Shown: positions 26,301 through 41,300 of the stretch, in pieces | Layout of the letters: every line of letters begins with the position of its first letter | Numbering within the stretch: position 1 is the stretch's first letter | Assembly (NCBI GenBank): GCA_002633005.1 | Contig: NMRA01000364.1 | Span: 57,075-121,074 of the forward strand | DNA from: Phoronis australis | Lineage: Eukaryota; Animalia; Phoronida | Length of the DNA stretch: 64,000 bases | Direction: 5' to 3' | Position numbers and translations under genes: made by a program | Notes under the pieces: generated by a model | Told to the model about the DNA's origin: nothing | The model's input: the letters and a program-made list of their open reading frames with translations, nothing else | The model's database searches: none

Positions 26301-29300
26301 CAGGTCAATTTCCACCAATGTCACCTGCTGGTGAATCCAAGAAAGACTGGGATGACTGTGAAAGCACTACTTTGGAAAATAACGCCAGTCGTCGGACTTG
26401 TGTATTCAAAGCATTGCAATAATGTATTAATATTAAAACCAAAAAAGAAACGAATCGTTTTTAATGAGCTGAAATATTATTTGAGCAGCTACAGTCCATG
26501 GATAATGAACAGAAAAATGACATACGTTGTACGTGGCAATCTTTAGTTTTTGAGACGAAGCAGATTACTACACTGCTCTTGTCTTTCCAATGCATTATGG
26601 GGGATCTTTCAGTTTGCCATCATCCCTTTATGAGAGCTTTCTCCTGTTCAGTGACCTTATCAGACTATGCCAGTTCTGAAAGTCTGATAATATCTGGCTA
26701 GTTAACTGCCGAGCACAGTCTTTTGTCCGGTATGACAACATGCAGGCCAATTATCTACCATGCTTCAAAGAGCTACTGAGACTATAATTTTTTCTGGACA
26801 GAATAAATTCTCTGAACTTCGGTTGTACTATGTCGATTTTGAGGATTCAAAACCTTAAAATGATCAGCATTTGTTGTGGAATTCAGATTATTGTTATTGG
26901 ATTGTGTTCAAACAGTTTAGAACATCTTTTACTTTTGACAGCGTAGCCTTCTCAGACTGGATAGGATCTTATCAAAGATTAGAGCAATTATTGATCAACA
27001 AAGAGCTGGCCCTCCAACCAAAAGAGATATTCGCTACACTCCATCTGGTCAACTGACCAACTTGTTTGTTTGCTATCCGATGAACCAAGGTGGGGTCAAT
27101 GGGGTGACATCACAGCTAACGTGTGGCTGTGTAACCTGATTCATTATTTGCAGTTTAAGGGGAAAGATTTAATTTCAGCATGATCGGACGTGTGTCTCGA
27201 GAATGTTTAGGGCAAAAGACTTGCTGATCTATGTATTTATTTTTTTATTATTTTTTTCGATAATGAAAGTTTGGTCATACTTGCACAGTGTATGCGAGTG
27301 CAATTGTTGTTTTCCACCATATTGTTCATAAGCCAATAATGTATCTGTGATGTCACTGGGTGTTTACGAGCCACCAATCGTCGCGCCACGCATTTGAAAA
27401 GTATCAGCAGCACCACAGATGAAATCCTGAAAATTGCCTTCGCCAGTTGATGTACTTTGCATATTAATATAATCATGTAAGGTTTTTCTCAAGTCTTTAC
27501 CAGCCAGCAAGATGGTTATCAGGCAAATGAGTGGTCAACTTACAGAGAATGTCCAGACGAGAGCCCAGACGTGAACTGCCTATGCTGTTGGTTGCTGTGC
27601 ACTCGTAGAAACCACGGTCACGCCGGTCCACCTTATCAATTTTGTATTTAGAAGAGTTAGACACCTACAAATAAAAAACCATGTTCAGGATCGTAAAAGT
27701 AACAAACAGTAAGATATAGTGGACAAGTGTTACTTTTAAATGATTTTGTATGAACAAAAACAAATTGTAATGAAATTTTAGTCTCTTGCAAACATTGTAT
27801 GGTGTAGTTGTCAGAACTAAGACTGAATTTGAGTATTTTGGATACCAGATTTGCATAATTTTCAGCAAAATCCAAACATCGAAAATTATAACTTTTCAGC
27901 ATATTAGTGGCATTGAAACTGTGTTTAGTTGGTACTTTTTCCAATTCCTTTGATCCTTTGAAACAGTTTAATACAAATAGTATTCTCTAAAGGTATTTAG
28001 TTCGTGAACTTTGCTTACAGTAGTGAGAAGATCAGGTTCCTTAAATAACTTTCATTGTGTAAATACATGCAGCAATGGTAATATATACGATGATAAGATA
28101 CCCAACAAAAAATAGCTTCTTGCTTCAAAAGTTATGCTCGTTTCTTAAACCAAGTGAAATCATTATTTGCAAAACAGTAATCATGAATCTGCACTGACCA
28201 ATGTTTTACCATCCCGTAAAAGTTTGGAATAACTTTTCATTGCAAGCGTCTATAAACATGTACTACCGCACTGGGTGTCAAAAAACAACGACCGACACCA
28301 CGAGTCACGAAGTCAGTTTGGCCAACATATATGCTCGAGAACACATGCCACAAAACTTGCAATATATAGTCCACCATCGCTTTAGCGTTTTGATAAGACA
28401 CAGCTATTCTTAAAAATAACATGGCAAAAACAGAATGATGTTACCTTCTTCACAAGTTGTTTCTTCAGATCTCGGACTATGCAGCCTCTCACGCTTTGTC
28501 ATTTTGACAATAGTATGTACTTAGCCGGAGATAGCCGAAATCAAACAAAGTAAACAATCTACCAATCACAGAAGTCGTAGGTCATCGTTTATGCCGGTGA
28601 CGACCATTATAAGTACCAGAGATCTGGCTATTCATTGATTACATTGCTACATTTAGATTGAAGCAAAGAAAGTTTCTGGCTTTGCAGCTCAAGATTTTGG
28701 TTAAAATAATTGAATATATATATATAATTATATATTTTTTAATTTCTAGTTTACAAAATCTTACGTTTGCACTTTATTAGCTTATCACACGTCAGCAAAT
28801 AATCTGCTTCTAATTTGCAAATTTTGCCTGGTCTAGCATATTACACGCGAATTACTAGCCAAATGTCTATACAAATCTGCATTTTTTTGCATATGGTACA
28901 CAGGACTGAGCTGTTAACAAACAGCATTTTGTAACACCTTGAGCATTTGCAAAAATGCACCAACACCTTTGATAAAAATAAAAAAGTCAAGTTTAGAAAT
29001 TATCTTTTTGTCCCAATGAGAAGAACTTTCATTGCAAAACAATATCTGACACCGCAACACCAATAAAATGATGGGTGAGTGACCTACATTCCCAGGAAAC
29101 AATTAGATAACTTTGATGCAGTTAAATTACCAGTATGAACAGCAACCATCGTATTTTGACACGTGTGCAAGACTACCTCTACAAAATAGCCCTGTATATG
29201 GTTGCATAATGCGAAAACAGACAATCAATTGTCACAAGAATTTATCAGCGCCTCGAATTTGAGAACGTACCACGCAAGCAGGCTCCAACACGGCCAACTG

Positions 29301-32300
29301 CTGTGCATTGGGTACGGTGGTTAATGAACACACAGCACAAGACAAAAGCAGACAAAATACCCCTTCCCTGTGATGGCTACTTCAGTTAACAGCAACAGCG
29401 GATGATAATAACCACTATGGCAGCAAAATTTTAGTTTAATTACAGAATGGCTTAGCAAACTGATTATTCCCTTCAGTCATGAGGGGAGAAAACTCTGAAT
29501 ATGAAATTGGCTTCTGTCCAGCCATCATGACATGGAATGCTGGGCAATTTTGTACAACTGCTTGTGGTGTACTGTATTGACGGATACCAATCACCAGGGT
29601 TCAAATTCAGCAACCAAAGGGGCTTTATTTGATACAGAAAAGATTTTTAAGCTCGTGCGAGTGAAGATGCCTACTTTTTTATTGTTATGGTCTGTCCACA
29701 TGTAGGTAGGAGCTGGAATTCCCTCAGCGTAACAATAAAAGGCGACAGTATCACCCTCTCTCAAGACACCATCCGGTCTGTGACCCACTTTGACCACGCG
29801 AGCTTTGCCTGCATAAAATTTCGGAGATTAGTTATGCTAGGAAGATACGAGTTCAAAACAAAATTGGAGCTTTTACATTCTATCTAAGGGCGACTAAACT
29901 GAACATAGTATTATGGGTTTGAGTGAGGTAAAGTGGAATTCTGTACACGAAGTACCACTATAAACAGTTGTAACCCCAAGCAGCAAACAGCTGAAGAAGA
30001 CAGTGCGAATAGCGATGAAAGCTTTCAAAACGAAGATGTAACACTGTCACCATTGAACGATCAGTAGCCCCACCTGTATACAAAATTTGTAGAATGCAAA
30101 GCAATAATTTTCAATGACAATTCATTCAAGCTCCCTGTTTCTTTGACAGTGGTTTGCAGCGCAACGACAAAGCACACAGCCAAGAGAAACAAGAACAAGT
30201 GTCGTTTTAATAATAAGTTTTCTTTTGTCTCTCGGACGTCTGCCTTGTTGTTGTGCTGCAAACAACTGTCAAAGATACAAATATCATTGAAAATTACTAA
30301 TCGTGAACACTGTTGTTGTGTATTCAACAAATTTTGTCTACAAGTAGGATATCAACAACTTTCTCTGAACTTTAAGTGACCAATACATACTGTTCGATAG
30401 AGTTGTTACATAGAAAGTGTTAGTAGGTAGACTGGCTCCATAGCTGTTAACGGCAATTGCGTACACGGCGTACTTTGCTTTGTAGTCCAAATGCTGAATT
30501 TCCAGATAACGGTTCGTGATGTTCTGTAACAGAAGGGACAACAAGAATGCCACAATTATGGCAGACAATAGGTGAATTTCGAAATAGCTACGCCATATTA
30601 AAATTCACTATCCCACCAGACAGCCATCAGGTCTTTGGTGGACAGGCATTCAGCGCCACCTACAGATGCCATGCAATAGAGATAGGATAATTCAACCCAC
30701 TGGTAACTATGAGCAGCGTATGCACACCTCCCTACTTTCATGATGCTGGAAAATTTCCACTGCTGTGCAAAGGGGTGTACTAATAGCCAACGGTAAAAGG
30801 CTAAACCTCTTGTCAATATGCAGGACATCATGCTGCGAACATTTCCCACTGCCACAATCTACAGCTGCTGTGACCGATAAAGTGGGAGAATTTCCATTCC
30901 AGCCGATGCCAAAAAGCAAAAAATAAACGAATGAACTTAACCTAATGAGACAATGGAAGTGGCCGACAGAGGATTTACTTTAATGAACCACTATGCACTT
31001 GCATTCAGTTGCCATGACGTGGAACAATAGGTCACTTTGACTAGCACTGTAGAGTCCTATGAAAAGGTAATCTTGCTAACATACCGTGTATACAGTCTCA
31101 TCAGTGTAAGACGCGAGATATTTCTTCACGTAGACTTCGTAAACCACGTTCTGAGGGTTGCGTAAAGGCTCCTGCCAGTGAAGTTTGATGACTTTCAGCC
31201 CAGACGTGGCATAGAATCTCGATGGTGGAGAGGGAAGCATCTCTGCATGAAAACGATGCTGATGACAACCAAGTCCATTGTTTTTCAAAGAAGCTTGATG
31301 AGACAGTTTTAAGATAAACACTACACTATGCATACAGCAGTGAATTTATGTTAAATTTCTTAGTTTCTACAAACGAAAAAATGAATCATTTACGTAATGA
31401 AGTGCAGTCTTACAACACATTTGAAACCCCATCTTGTTCTGTTTAAGCTATATGAAACAACAAAATCAAAGCTAAACAAGTTGGTCTAACAAAATAAGTT
31501 TTGAAATTTTCTAGACTGACAGTGCTATATTTGTGTTTCCACGATGATCACCTTGGGTTGGGTGTAATCTTTGGACTTAAAATCAAACCCGACATTGGTT
31601 TGGCATTTCTTATTCTACTTTAATGCAAACTCAAGATATGTGTATATTTATTCTATGCTCGAGTACATAATGTCTCGCGTGGATGATCCCAGTTTGCACT
31701 TAATGCTAAGGGTTTGAGCTAGAAATTTTGAGTTTTTACACAAAATTTCAATGTTTTACTTTAAATTGTAGCACAAATTTAAGGGTCACAAGAAACAAAC
31801 TTGGACTAGAAGCTTAAACTGCATGACCATGATGTGGCGAAGCATAGACGAATAGCCACGTATTGAATTCGTTCAAAAATTGAACGGAAAATGCCCACTC
31901 TTCCAATGCATAATTTGCTAAATATGGGAGCTGTTTGAGATGACTTCAACAAATTTACTACCACCAAACAAATCTCTTGAGCCTTCTGATCTTTGGCGCT
32001 TTTCATAACTTTAGATACTGATTTTTTCAGTGGATGGAAGATGGAAAAAACTTCAAATCTATAAATCTTATCTTGCTCATCTCACTATACCCCCAAGACA
32101 TCAATGACTCATTGCTACTTACTGGCACCAACATGGAGACAGGTGAACACTGACGGAGTGTGAGTCAAGCAGGCCTGCTGACTGAAATTGACACCTTTCC
32201 TCTGGTCACAGAAGCCAAGACATTCCGACGGCACGTTGCTCTTGGAACAGCACGACGAGTGATTTGCGGAACCTGTAAAACAACGAACATTGTATATTCA

Positions 32301-35300
32301 TCGCTTCCTCAAACACACCAGCTACGTTGAACTGGGCTCCTTATGAGAACTGTTGCTTGTGACAGCCCTACATCTGCAATTTTACAGTCCATACCTGCCT
32401 GGTCTACTATATCATGCATGACTGAACAAATCTTGGTATTTAACATATTGCCATTTTGGTAGCGCATTCCTAGTGACTAATAGAGCTAGAACTATCATTA
32501 GCTATTGACTGCTAAGTAGTTAAAATCAGGTCAAAAGGTTGGTGCCACATTCTTATCAAGTTAAACTGAGATCAATTCAACTCTTGAGTGATTTTAAAAT
32601 TCCTGTAAATTAGACGTCAAACGTTAGAGCCAGCAGTGGATGTAAATACGTATCCATGTATTAATAAAATGTTGCTGCATAAGGGTTCTGATTCTACATG
32701 CAAGTACACCTTTGAAAATGAAGCAGTACCTGAAACACATGGCAGTATCTTGGAGACATCAGATAAACACTGGGTACTCGGCACCGCAACGTTGCCATTA
32801 CAGTAGACCAGACACTGTCGCTGGACACCAGCCTTCACACAGCATCTGGTGTTGTCTATCCCGGAACCGTTGGTAGCATTGAGTGGAGGAGGCACTGGAA
32901 TGTACAAACCGTGTAAATCTTAGGGTGAACAACTGACCTCCATAAACTTCTGCATTTAGTCCAGTAGGTGAACCCATGTCAAGTGTATGCCGATTACAAT
33001 TTCAGTGCAGATTTGCTTGTAATACTAAACAGTATGGACAATTATGATATTCAGATCAGACACCTAACAGCCTGACCGATGTACCAGTATTTTCAACAGC
33101 AACACAGCTGTAAACATTTACAACAAATACAATAAAGATAGTTCTCCCATGGCATTGCAGATAGCTGTGTTACAAATCACGCACATGATATACGTTAGAA
33201 GGAACCAAACCTCAGTTCTATGAAAATGTAATACAAAAATTTTTAATTTAGGCCCAACAAAAATTAAGCGTTGGAGCCATAATAAAATGTAAAAGCATTA
33301 ATGTTCAACAGACTGTGTCAATTATTCAGTTTGCTGGAAGAGTCATTTTTCTGTTCTAGTATCTAAAACCGCAGAATATGATTGCCACGGCTAACTTACC
33401 ATTGGTGGGCAAGGTGTCTACTCTGACCTCTGGGGTCATGATACTGCTCCCGTAAGAGTTGTAGGCGGCGACACTGAGGTAGTACCGAGTGTCGGGCTCA
33501 AGTTTCTGAACTCGACGCGTGTAAATAGTGACATTGATTAATGCACTTGTATTATACTGAAATAAAATGACAAAAAGCAGGTATTACGTGTATGCATGGA
33601 TTTAGGCTTGTGTGCCTGCACCAAGAACAAAGCATTTTTTTCATAGAAAATTTTGCATATCAGAAAATTTTCTACTTATAAGTGTTTTGCAAACAGGCAA
33701 CAATCCCTTACATGTGTGCACCTCAAAAGCTGGGTCTTATCCATGTTTTTTTTTCTAATTTCAAATATTTTCCATTATTAAATTGAACACAGAATGTCTA
33801 TAATTTTGTACTAGATAAGTACAGTTTCACTCGCATCATATTTTAGCATGTGTCAAATATCGCACATAGGCGCACCTTTTTAAACAGGTGCACGTGCCAC
33901 AGAAACAGGAAGGCAAGTGAAGTGCCATTTAAGGTATGTAGAGCCCTAGAAAACTGTCCCAATTTGGTAAACTTCGAAACGTTGTATCTCAGAAATGGCT
34001 GATTGTATTCATATGAAACTTTTACTGAGATATCATGTCGGGTGCTTTATGCACTATTCTCTAAAACGTTGGTAGGAATTGTTTTTAAAAGGTTTCCTTT
34101 TTGCATGAAGGGCTATCAAAAATATGAGTTTTATGATTTTCATCAAAGAACTCTTAAAGTTGCATAAAACAAAAATGATGTATTTTAGAAATTAAACTGT
34201 AACAACTTTTTGAGATCTCATCTTAACATTTATATCAAATAAAATTTAATCATGTTATTGATACAGTTGTTGAGCTTTCAGTGTGCTCTTGCTAAATTTT
34301 ATCAATCAGACGAAGTCATATAAACCCAATTAATGGCATATAGGTAAAAAGTCAAACTCAAAATTCTACAGGCTTACTTTATTCAAAAAACTTACTTTAG
34401 CCAAGTTAAAACCTACACTTTTATAAATATTTGGCTAAATCCATACACTAGCCAATAAGGTCCTACATAACCTTCCAATTTGGCATAACGATGTGATCAC
34501 ACACTTTCCCCTGACCTAGAAGGAAACAATTGGCGCACTGGTCTTTTAAGATTTTACGACGCTACCTTTTTCCTTCTAGTTAAAACATCTAAATTTTAAA
34601 ATCCATTCACATTGAATGGACAATGCTTTAAAGTTTTTGAAAAAAGCAAAAAACATCTTTTAGCAAAATAAATCAAAGCAAGATACGAAGCACAACTCAT
34701 GGTTATGAACTTAAAACAGCCTTTTGTGTACTATATTAAGATTGCATTGTTTTGTTAGAATTTTGTAATCTGAAACTAGTTGGTACACGACAATTACCTT
34801 GACAGTGAAATTCTTCATAGGGTCATCTTTTCGTACCAAGATTGTGTACCCATCCACACCAGCTGGTGTGCTGACGGGTTTGGTCCAGCCAATGGTGATG
34901 CTGGAGTGATCGCGGCCTGCGACGAACAAATTTAGTGGGAAGCTGGGCAAAACCGCTGAAATAGAGATAGACCATCACAGCTTAGCGCAGAATTTTTGCC
35001 TCGCCACGTGCAAATGGCAAGGAAAAGAGAGTAGAAAAACCCACAGTAAAAGTGCAGAATCATTCACCGGTTCATTGTTTCACGTTTTGACACCCAAGAC
35101 TGGACAATTCAAATATCCTTCATCTTGCATTTGGTTATCAGAAATAGACAGCGATCCCACAAAATTTTGAAAGTTTTGTAAAAAATGGATAATGCATAAC
35201 GGTATTTTGATTGTGAAGTGAGCTTTAATGGGAAATTTAGGGAGTACGCCCTGGATATGCTGTTGTCACTGATCTGAATAGGCCGGCCTTTGTCTGGTCT

Positions 35301-38300
35301 TCAGGTTTGGGTAATAAAACAACTTGGTAGGACTATTAGAAAGACAATCAAATCAGCTGATCTAAATTACAGCTATCTCCCACAAAACTTGGCAGATTTT
35401 TGTGGGGGAAAAAAGCTCCGTTTCCCTCCTCAAAATGGCCAAATATGAAATCATACGTCTTAATACTTCAGGCAACTCTTATCCTAATACTGTCAGATTA
35501 AAGTACAAGAAAGAGTAGTCGGACTTATGGTTTTCTGACCACCTGCTTCTCTTTGCAGTCCACCACTATCAAGCAACACAAATTGTGCTTTGTTGGTTTT
35601 TTATTATGTTCTTTCAAAATGTCAGATTCTTGTTCAAAACAAGACAGTACCTAGCCAAAATAGGCAGAAATTAACGCTGTTTTTGTTTTCTGGCAGTCTT
35701 TTTGTCAACACAGAGCTGCAAGTGCTCCCCCCTAGCGAGAGAATAAAAAGTCATAACTTACTCCTATGAGCAATCTTGCCATTCAAGAACCTGAAAGCAT
35801 TCTATTGATGTTCAAACCCGCCCTGTTCAAACAGTAATTGTTAACAAAGGTACCCAGTGTATGCTCGGGTAAAACTACTGATAGTGCAAAGCATGAAGTT
35901 ACTGTGACTAATATAATTTTTCTACCTTAATCTCTTTAATCCCACAGCTGCAGATACATGCTCAATACTTACGCCGACCTTCTTTCAGACATTGTATGCC
36001 TACTGATATATGAGCGACACAAGACAGTAGCGACACGCCAAGCTCGGTGCCCTTGTGTGCTTGACAGAGAGGCAAGCAATTTTCGGATACGCCTTTTCTT
36101 CGACAGCACGGGGAGTGGTCGGCGCCATCTAGAGAAAAAGAATGGCATCAATAGACACTAACGTAGAGATTCTCAGCAAAATCACTTGACCTGTATGTGG
36201 ACATTTAGACACAGAGGTTTTTGTTGCGAATTATGCTACCAAAAGGTGATTTTAAGATAACATTGAATAATTATTAAAACTCAAGTACTATTCAACATCT
36301 ATCTTCCTCTGAGTCATTATGACAAATGCTCTTGTACAGGCACACAATGTCACAGTTGCCCTAATGCAGAATGCAGAATGTTTTCTGAAATATCATTCAC
36401 AGCACCCTTTATACATTCAAAGGAAACTGAATCAAATTCTACTCCGTCGCTGGTCAAGATGCCTGAACTTATCTTTCACTTGCAAAAGGGATCCATTCAA
36501 GATCACTTCATGCAGGCTAACAATACCAAGACCACCAACCCCCAAATATATACCGTAAACGTTCGGGTTAACGCCCTGGGCGGTTAAATTGGCAAACCTA
36601 AAAAATCGGGGGTGGGCGGTTAACCAGACATGGGCGCTTAAACGTGAAACTTCGAAAAATCCAGGGTGGGCGGTTAACCGAACATGGGCGCTTATTACGA
36701 CAGACAAGAGCCCTGGGCGGTTTATTTTACCTCGTGATCTAAGTACCCACACCACACACATAGTCGTAGGCCTACTCGGAACGCGTAACACTTTTCAAAG
36801 AGCGTTATCGTCACGTCGCCACATGACGGGAAAAATGTCATAACAGCGGATGATCCTAACAAAGGTTATCATGACCTCAGATTAGTTATTCACTATTAAA
36901 TTTACAGAATTGCTGAGTAATAGCCCCGTGCCGTCCTGCGGTCTTGTTATTTAGCCCTGTAGTGTAAAGCGCAGATGACCAGTGACCACGCAGCCTCTAC
37001 TTGGATTGCAACTATTTCATCTTGCTAAAGTGCGCGCGTGCAAGCTTCACGTGTTGCAGAGGTCACAGCAGACGTCAGATTTATGGTTACGGTCTCGTAC
37101 TAGCTGCCAAGTTCAGTCAGAGAGCAGTTTTAAATTTGGTTGTAATAAAAAATTGAAAACCTTAATTCAGATGTTTTTTTGTGTGTTTGGGATGTTTATA
37201 GTCAACACTCCGTGACTCAATGACATTTTCAGCGTATGGTTCTGTGGCTTGCTGTTTTATCTCGACTGCCCGGCATTGCTCACTTGCCGTTGCGCCAAAC
37301 ATGCTCGGCAAAGAAGTAGGCCCAAGACAAGAATCGGGNGAATGCTCTTGTACAGGCACACAATGTCACAGTTGCCCTAATGCAGAATGCAGAATGTTTT
37401 CTGAAATATCATTCACAGCACCCTTTATACATTCAAAGGAAACTGAATCAAATTCTACTCCGTTGCTGGTCAAGACGCCTGAACTTATCTTTCACTTGCA
37501 AAAGGGATCCATTCAAGATCACTTCATGCAGGCTAACAATACCAAGACTACCAAGCCCCAAATATATACTAGCATTGTCGTTCGTTTCCGTGAGTGCGAC
37601 AGAGGGCGGTCAAAAATTTTTGAAGTCCAATAAAAATTGAAAAAAGCTGCATTAAACCTTCTGGACATAGGTCTCAGTTAATACCATATGCTATCACCAA
37701 TCGCTTTCAATTTTCTATTGCTAATTTGGGCAAAAACCAACACAAAGAATCATGTCTTCCCTTACCAATACCCACTCGTTAGTTTTTTGCCATTTACACC
37801 AGACGTCACCCCATTTGTATCTCTTTAATTTTTAAAGTGCTAAGACAAGAGGTTATTCACTACTAGCACATAATGCTTTACGCATGCTTTCATTGCTTCA
37901 GAATAGCCAGAGTAGCTGAAGAGTGAATCGAGTAAATTTAAATGCTGAGAAATTACAGCTGTCCTAAATGAAATCAATTCCTCACCTGAGGCACACAGCA
38001 GTACATCCTTTGCTTTGGAAGCACAATCAAGGTATAAAAGTGCCGCAATGGGGTTTAAGTTGAGATTACACAGGTCCAAGCACCTGCCAGAGATACCTCT
38101 GGCAACACAGCAAGCTAGGAGAATAACCAGGAAAGAGTTGATCAGAGTACACTACAGGAATGTAGAGTGAAGATCACAAGATGATATGAATGGCTGAAGA
38201 CAATAATGACAAAAAATGTACATAATTATTCAGACAATACCAGACATACAATTTATGGCTATAAAATCAAAAATAGGATAAAGCCTGTGTGTTGAATTGT

Positions 38301-41300
38301 GGCCCAGCAAAACTAGGTTACACAAAATTGATTTTAAGAGATAACCTCCATAAAAATTATAACACATTATCAAGTTTTTCAAAATTTTGCTTGGTTTATA
38401 TCATTTTTGCAGGACCTAAATTTGGAAAGTGTTAAGAAAACAATAACACCATTAAAGTCATGTTTACCTATGAAATGTGGGAGAACTGTTTTTCAATAAG
38501 GATAAGAATTAAATACAGGTCATATTCATAGTTCATTAAGCCATTAATTATTGCAAAATAATAAAGAATGAGCGAATAGAACTACGCATTTTATACAAAA
38601 AGGGAATTATCTGAAAACAAAATGTAAAGAATCAGACTACACACTCGACACAAATAAAGTGTTTGCATTTTCTGCGAATTTCCGTGATATAATTCTTAGT
38701 ATTTACCAAGACTCATCCATGTTACGATTCTGAAAATCATTCCATGAGATATTTTTTTTCAACACAAAAGTGGACTAACCAAAGTTTTCTACAGACAAGT
38801 CCGGGGCATTTATTAAAAAAATATCAGTTTAGGAACCAAAATTCAATTCTCAACATACATACCCATCAGTGTAAATTTTGAAGTTTCTCTGCAGCAGAAA
38901 ATATTGATTTTTGCAGTAAAAACCCCGCATAGTTGGGATTATTGCTGGACTGGATCTACTTCTTGAAATTATAAGTTATTAGTTTTGACCAGAATTACAT
39001 AAAAAAAATCATTGTTTTGAGAATAAGTACCACCCTACCTCTGAGGTCACGGGGTTTGTCCTCTGTGGGAATGACCCCCGTGGGTGGAACCCACTTGTCA
39101 GCGTCATCAGTGGTGAGTGTGTTAAAGTAGATCCTGTTGGACGGCAGGCTCGTTCCATTAACTCCCTGCGAGCTCACTTGGACCCAGTATTTTGTTTGCG
39201 ACAAGAGATTTTTCAAAAGAACTGTCAGTGCACCGGTGATCCTCTACAAAGAGACTCACACTTAGCCAAATATGAGGGCTACACAAAAAAAGTCATTCAG
39301 TTATCAGTATCATGCATATCAATATCCTGTGATACCAGTACAACTTGTGATGAGAGCTGCATATCAATATCAGTTACCAGCTTTAAGCTGATATTTGCGA
39401 TAAGAGCTCTATATCAATAGCAGTAATCAATACGCTTATCAATATGTTGCAATTCCAAAACAACATGCCATGTGAGCAACACATCAGTGTCAGTTACTAC
39501 TGTTGCGTATCAATACCTTAAGAAACTAATACAACTCACAACGTAAGAAAACCATTACACAATAGAAAGGAATTTTATATCGCTTTCTCATAAGAGGATT
39601 AACTACCGGAGTTAACCTTTCCCACTTACCAAAACTTTGGTAAAAGCGAAGTTTTGCCTCTAATGAGAAAGCGACGTTAATGCATCGTGTACCTGAACTA
39701 AAGGGCATGAGTCACAGCTTGAACCGACATTGAGCAGTCAATTCATCCAGAGAACATCTGACGTCCTCGGGTGGTCATACAGAAACTTAATTTTGGCACA
39801 AATACACCTTTTCACCACAGAGTTGACGATAAAAATTGGGAAATTCCCCTCTAAACATTGGCGCATGTCCTCTTATGTTCCCATTAATTCTACATCCTTC
39901 ATACCCTTTTAGGAACTCCACCAATGAGCGGCGAGTATGTTACTACGTATTGTGTGACTTTCTCTGGGTTCTTAGTTGGCACGTCCCAACGGACTTGTGT
40001 ATTAACGCCGATACTGCCAAGCCTAACATTGGTTGGTGGACCTGGTATGTCAGCTGTAATGGACGGAAATGACAGGTTGAGACAATCATAAAAGCACTGC
40101 AAATGTTTCATTGATAATTGCCAATTCATACTCACAAGGTTGTTATATGCGAACATGGAGTTTGCAGTACACACATGGGCACGGTGACTGCTTGATGGTG
40201 TTAATGGCTAATGTCCAGGTAAGTGCCCATCTCCAATTTCTTAAAACTTACCGTTTAAGCACCTGTGTCTGGTCTCCCTTGATTTTCAGGCTAGACAACT
40301 TAAGTCCCAAAGGCATTGCACTTTTGTCTTAGAGTGAATATTTACGGTAAATTAACTGTAATAACAATAGCTTACTGTATACCCTCAAACTGACAATTAA
40401 TAATTAATGAACATTAAGCTCTTTGTTGTTAACAGTATCGTTAAGTGCAACAACTGAATACAAACAAGAGCAACGCAGAGCGTTGAAATTCGCCTACAAT
40501 TGCACCGCATACGGTATCCTTCTAGGGTTGTTTACTGGTACCATCAAGTGGCCAGTAGAGGGCATATATGTAGTATGTTGTACTTAGCAAAATGGAAAGG
40601 CATGGTCATTGTCTCCTCATAAGGCTAGGGGCAAAATGTGAGTAATCTTCATAATACAAGCACATCCTATACACCAGTTGCTTAAAGCACCACAGAAACA
40701 TAGAATTAAAAACAAATTAATTTACCAACATACGAGATTAGCACAGCACTAGAATGCCAGAAACAAATTTCTACTTGGAACTTTTCCTTCATAGTCACGA
40801 AGTAACATAAAGTATACACCTGAAGACCTATGAAAATACAGAGGTCAATGTAAAATACTAAAATTGTCACTAGAGGCAAATACTAANNNNNNNNNNNNNN
40901 NNNNNNNNNNNNNNNNNNNNNNNNNNNNNNNNNNNNNNNNNNNNNNNNNNNNNNNNNNNNNNNNNNNNNNNNNNNNNNNNNNNNNNNNNNNNNNNNNNNN
41001 NNNNNNNNNNNNNNNNNNNNNNNNNNNNNNNNNNNNNNNNNNNNNNNNNNNNNNNNNNNNNNNNNNNNNNNNNNNNNNNNNNNNNNNNNNNNNNNNNNNN
41101 NNNNNNNNNNNNNNNNNNNNNNNNNNNNNNNNNNNNNNNNNNNNNNNNNNNNNNNNNNNNNNNNNNNNNNNNNNNNNNNNNNNNNNNNNNNNCTTTGAGC
41201 GGTTTGGTTGATAGAGGGGTGGACGCACAAAAACAGACTCGAAAACACTAAACATGGCCATTAGGTGGCGCAAACTATGTCGAATCCATCTGAAAACGGC

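Noticed and set aside
36319-37640. Duplicated ORFs (MFSEISFTAPF...) as a tandem gene pair
   Set aside because: They come from the duplicated intronic flank at an N join, antisense to the host gene, with no recognisable domain.
40845-41273. ORFs of 115-142 aa across the gap, and a possible missing exon in the gap
   Set aside because: The ORFs are artefacts of the N run. The flanking exons (DB2b and FN3-2a) already join in phase and follow the cassette pattern, so no exon is required there.
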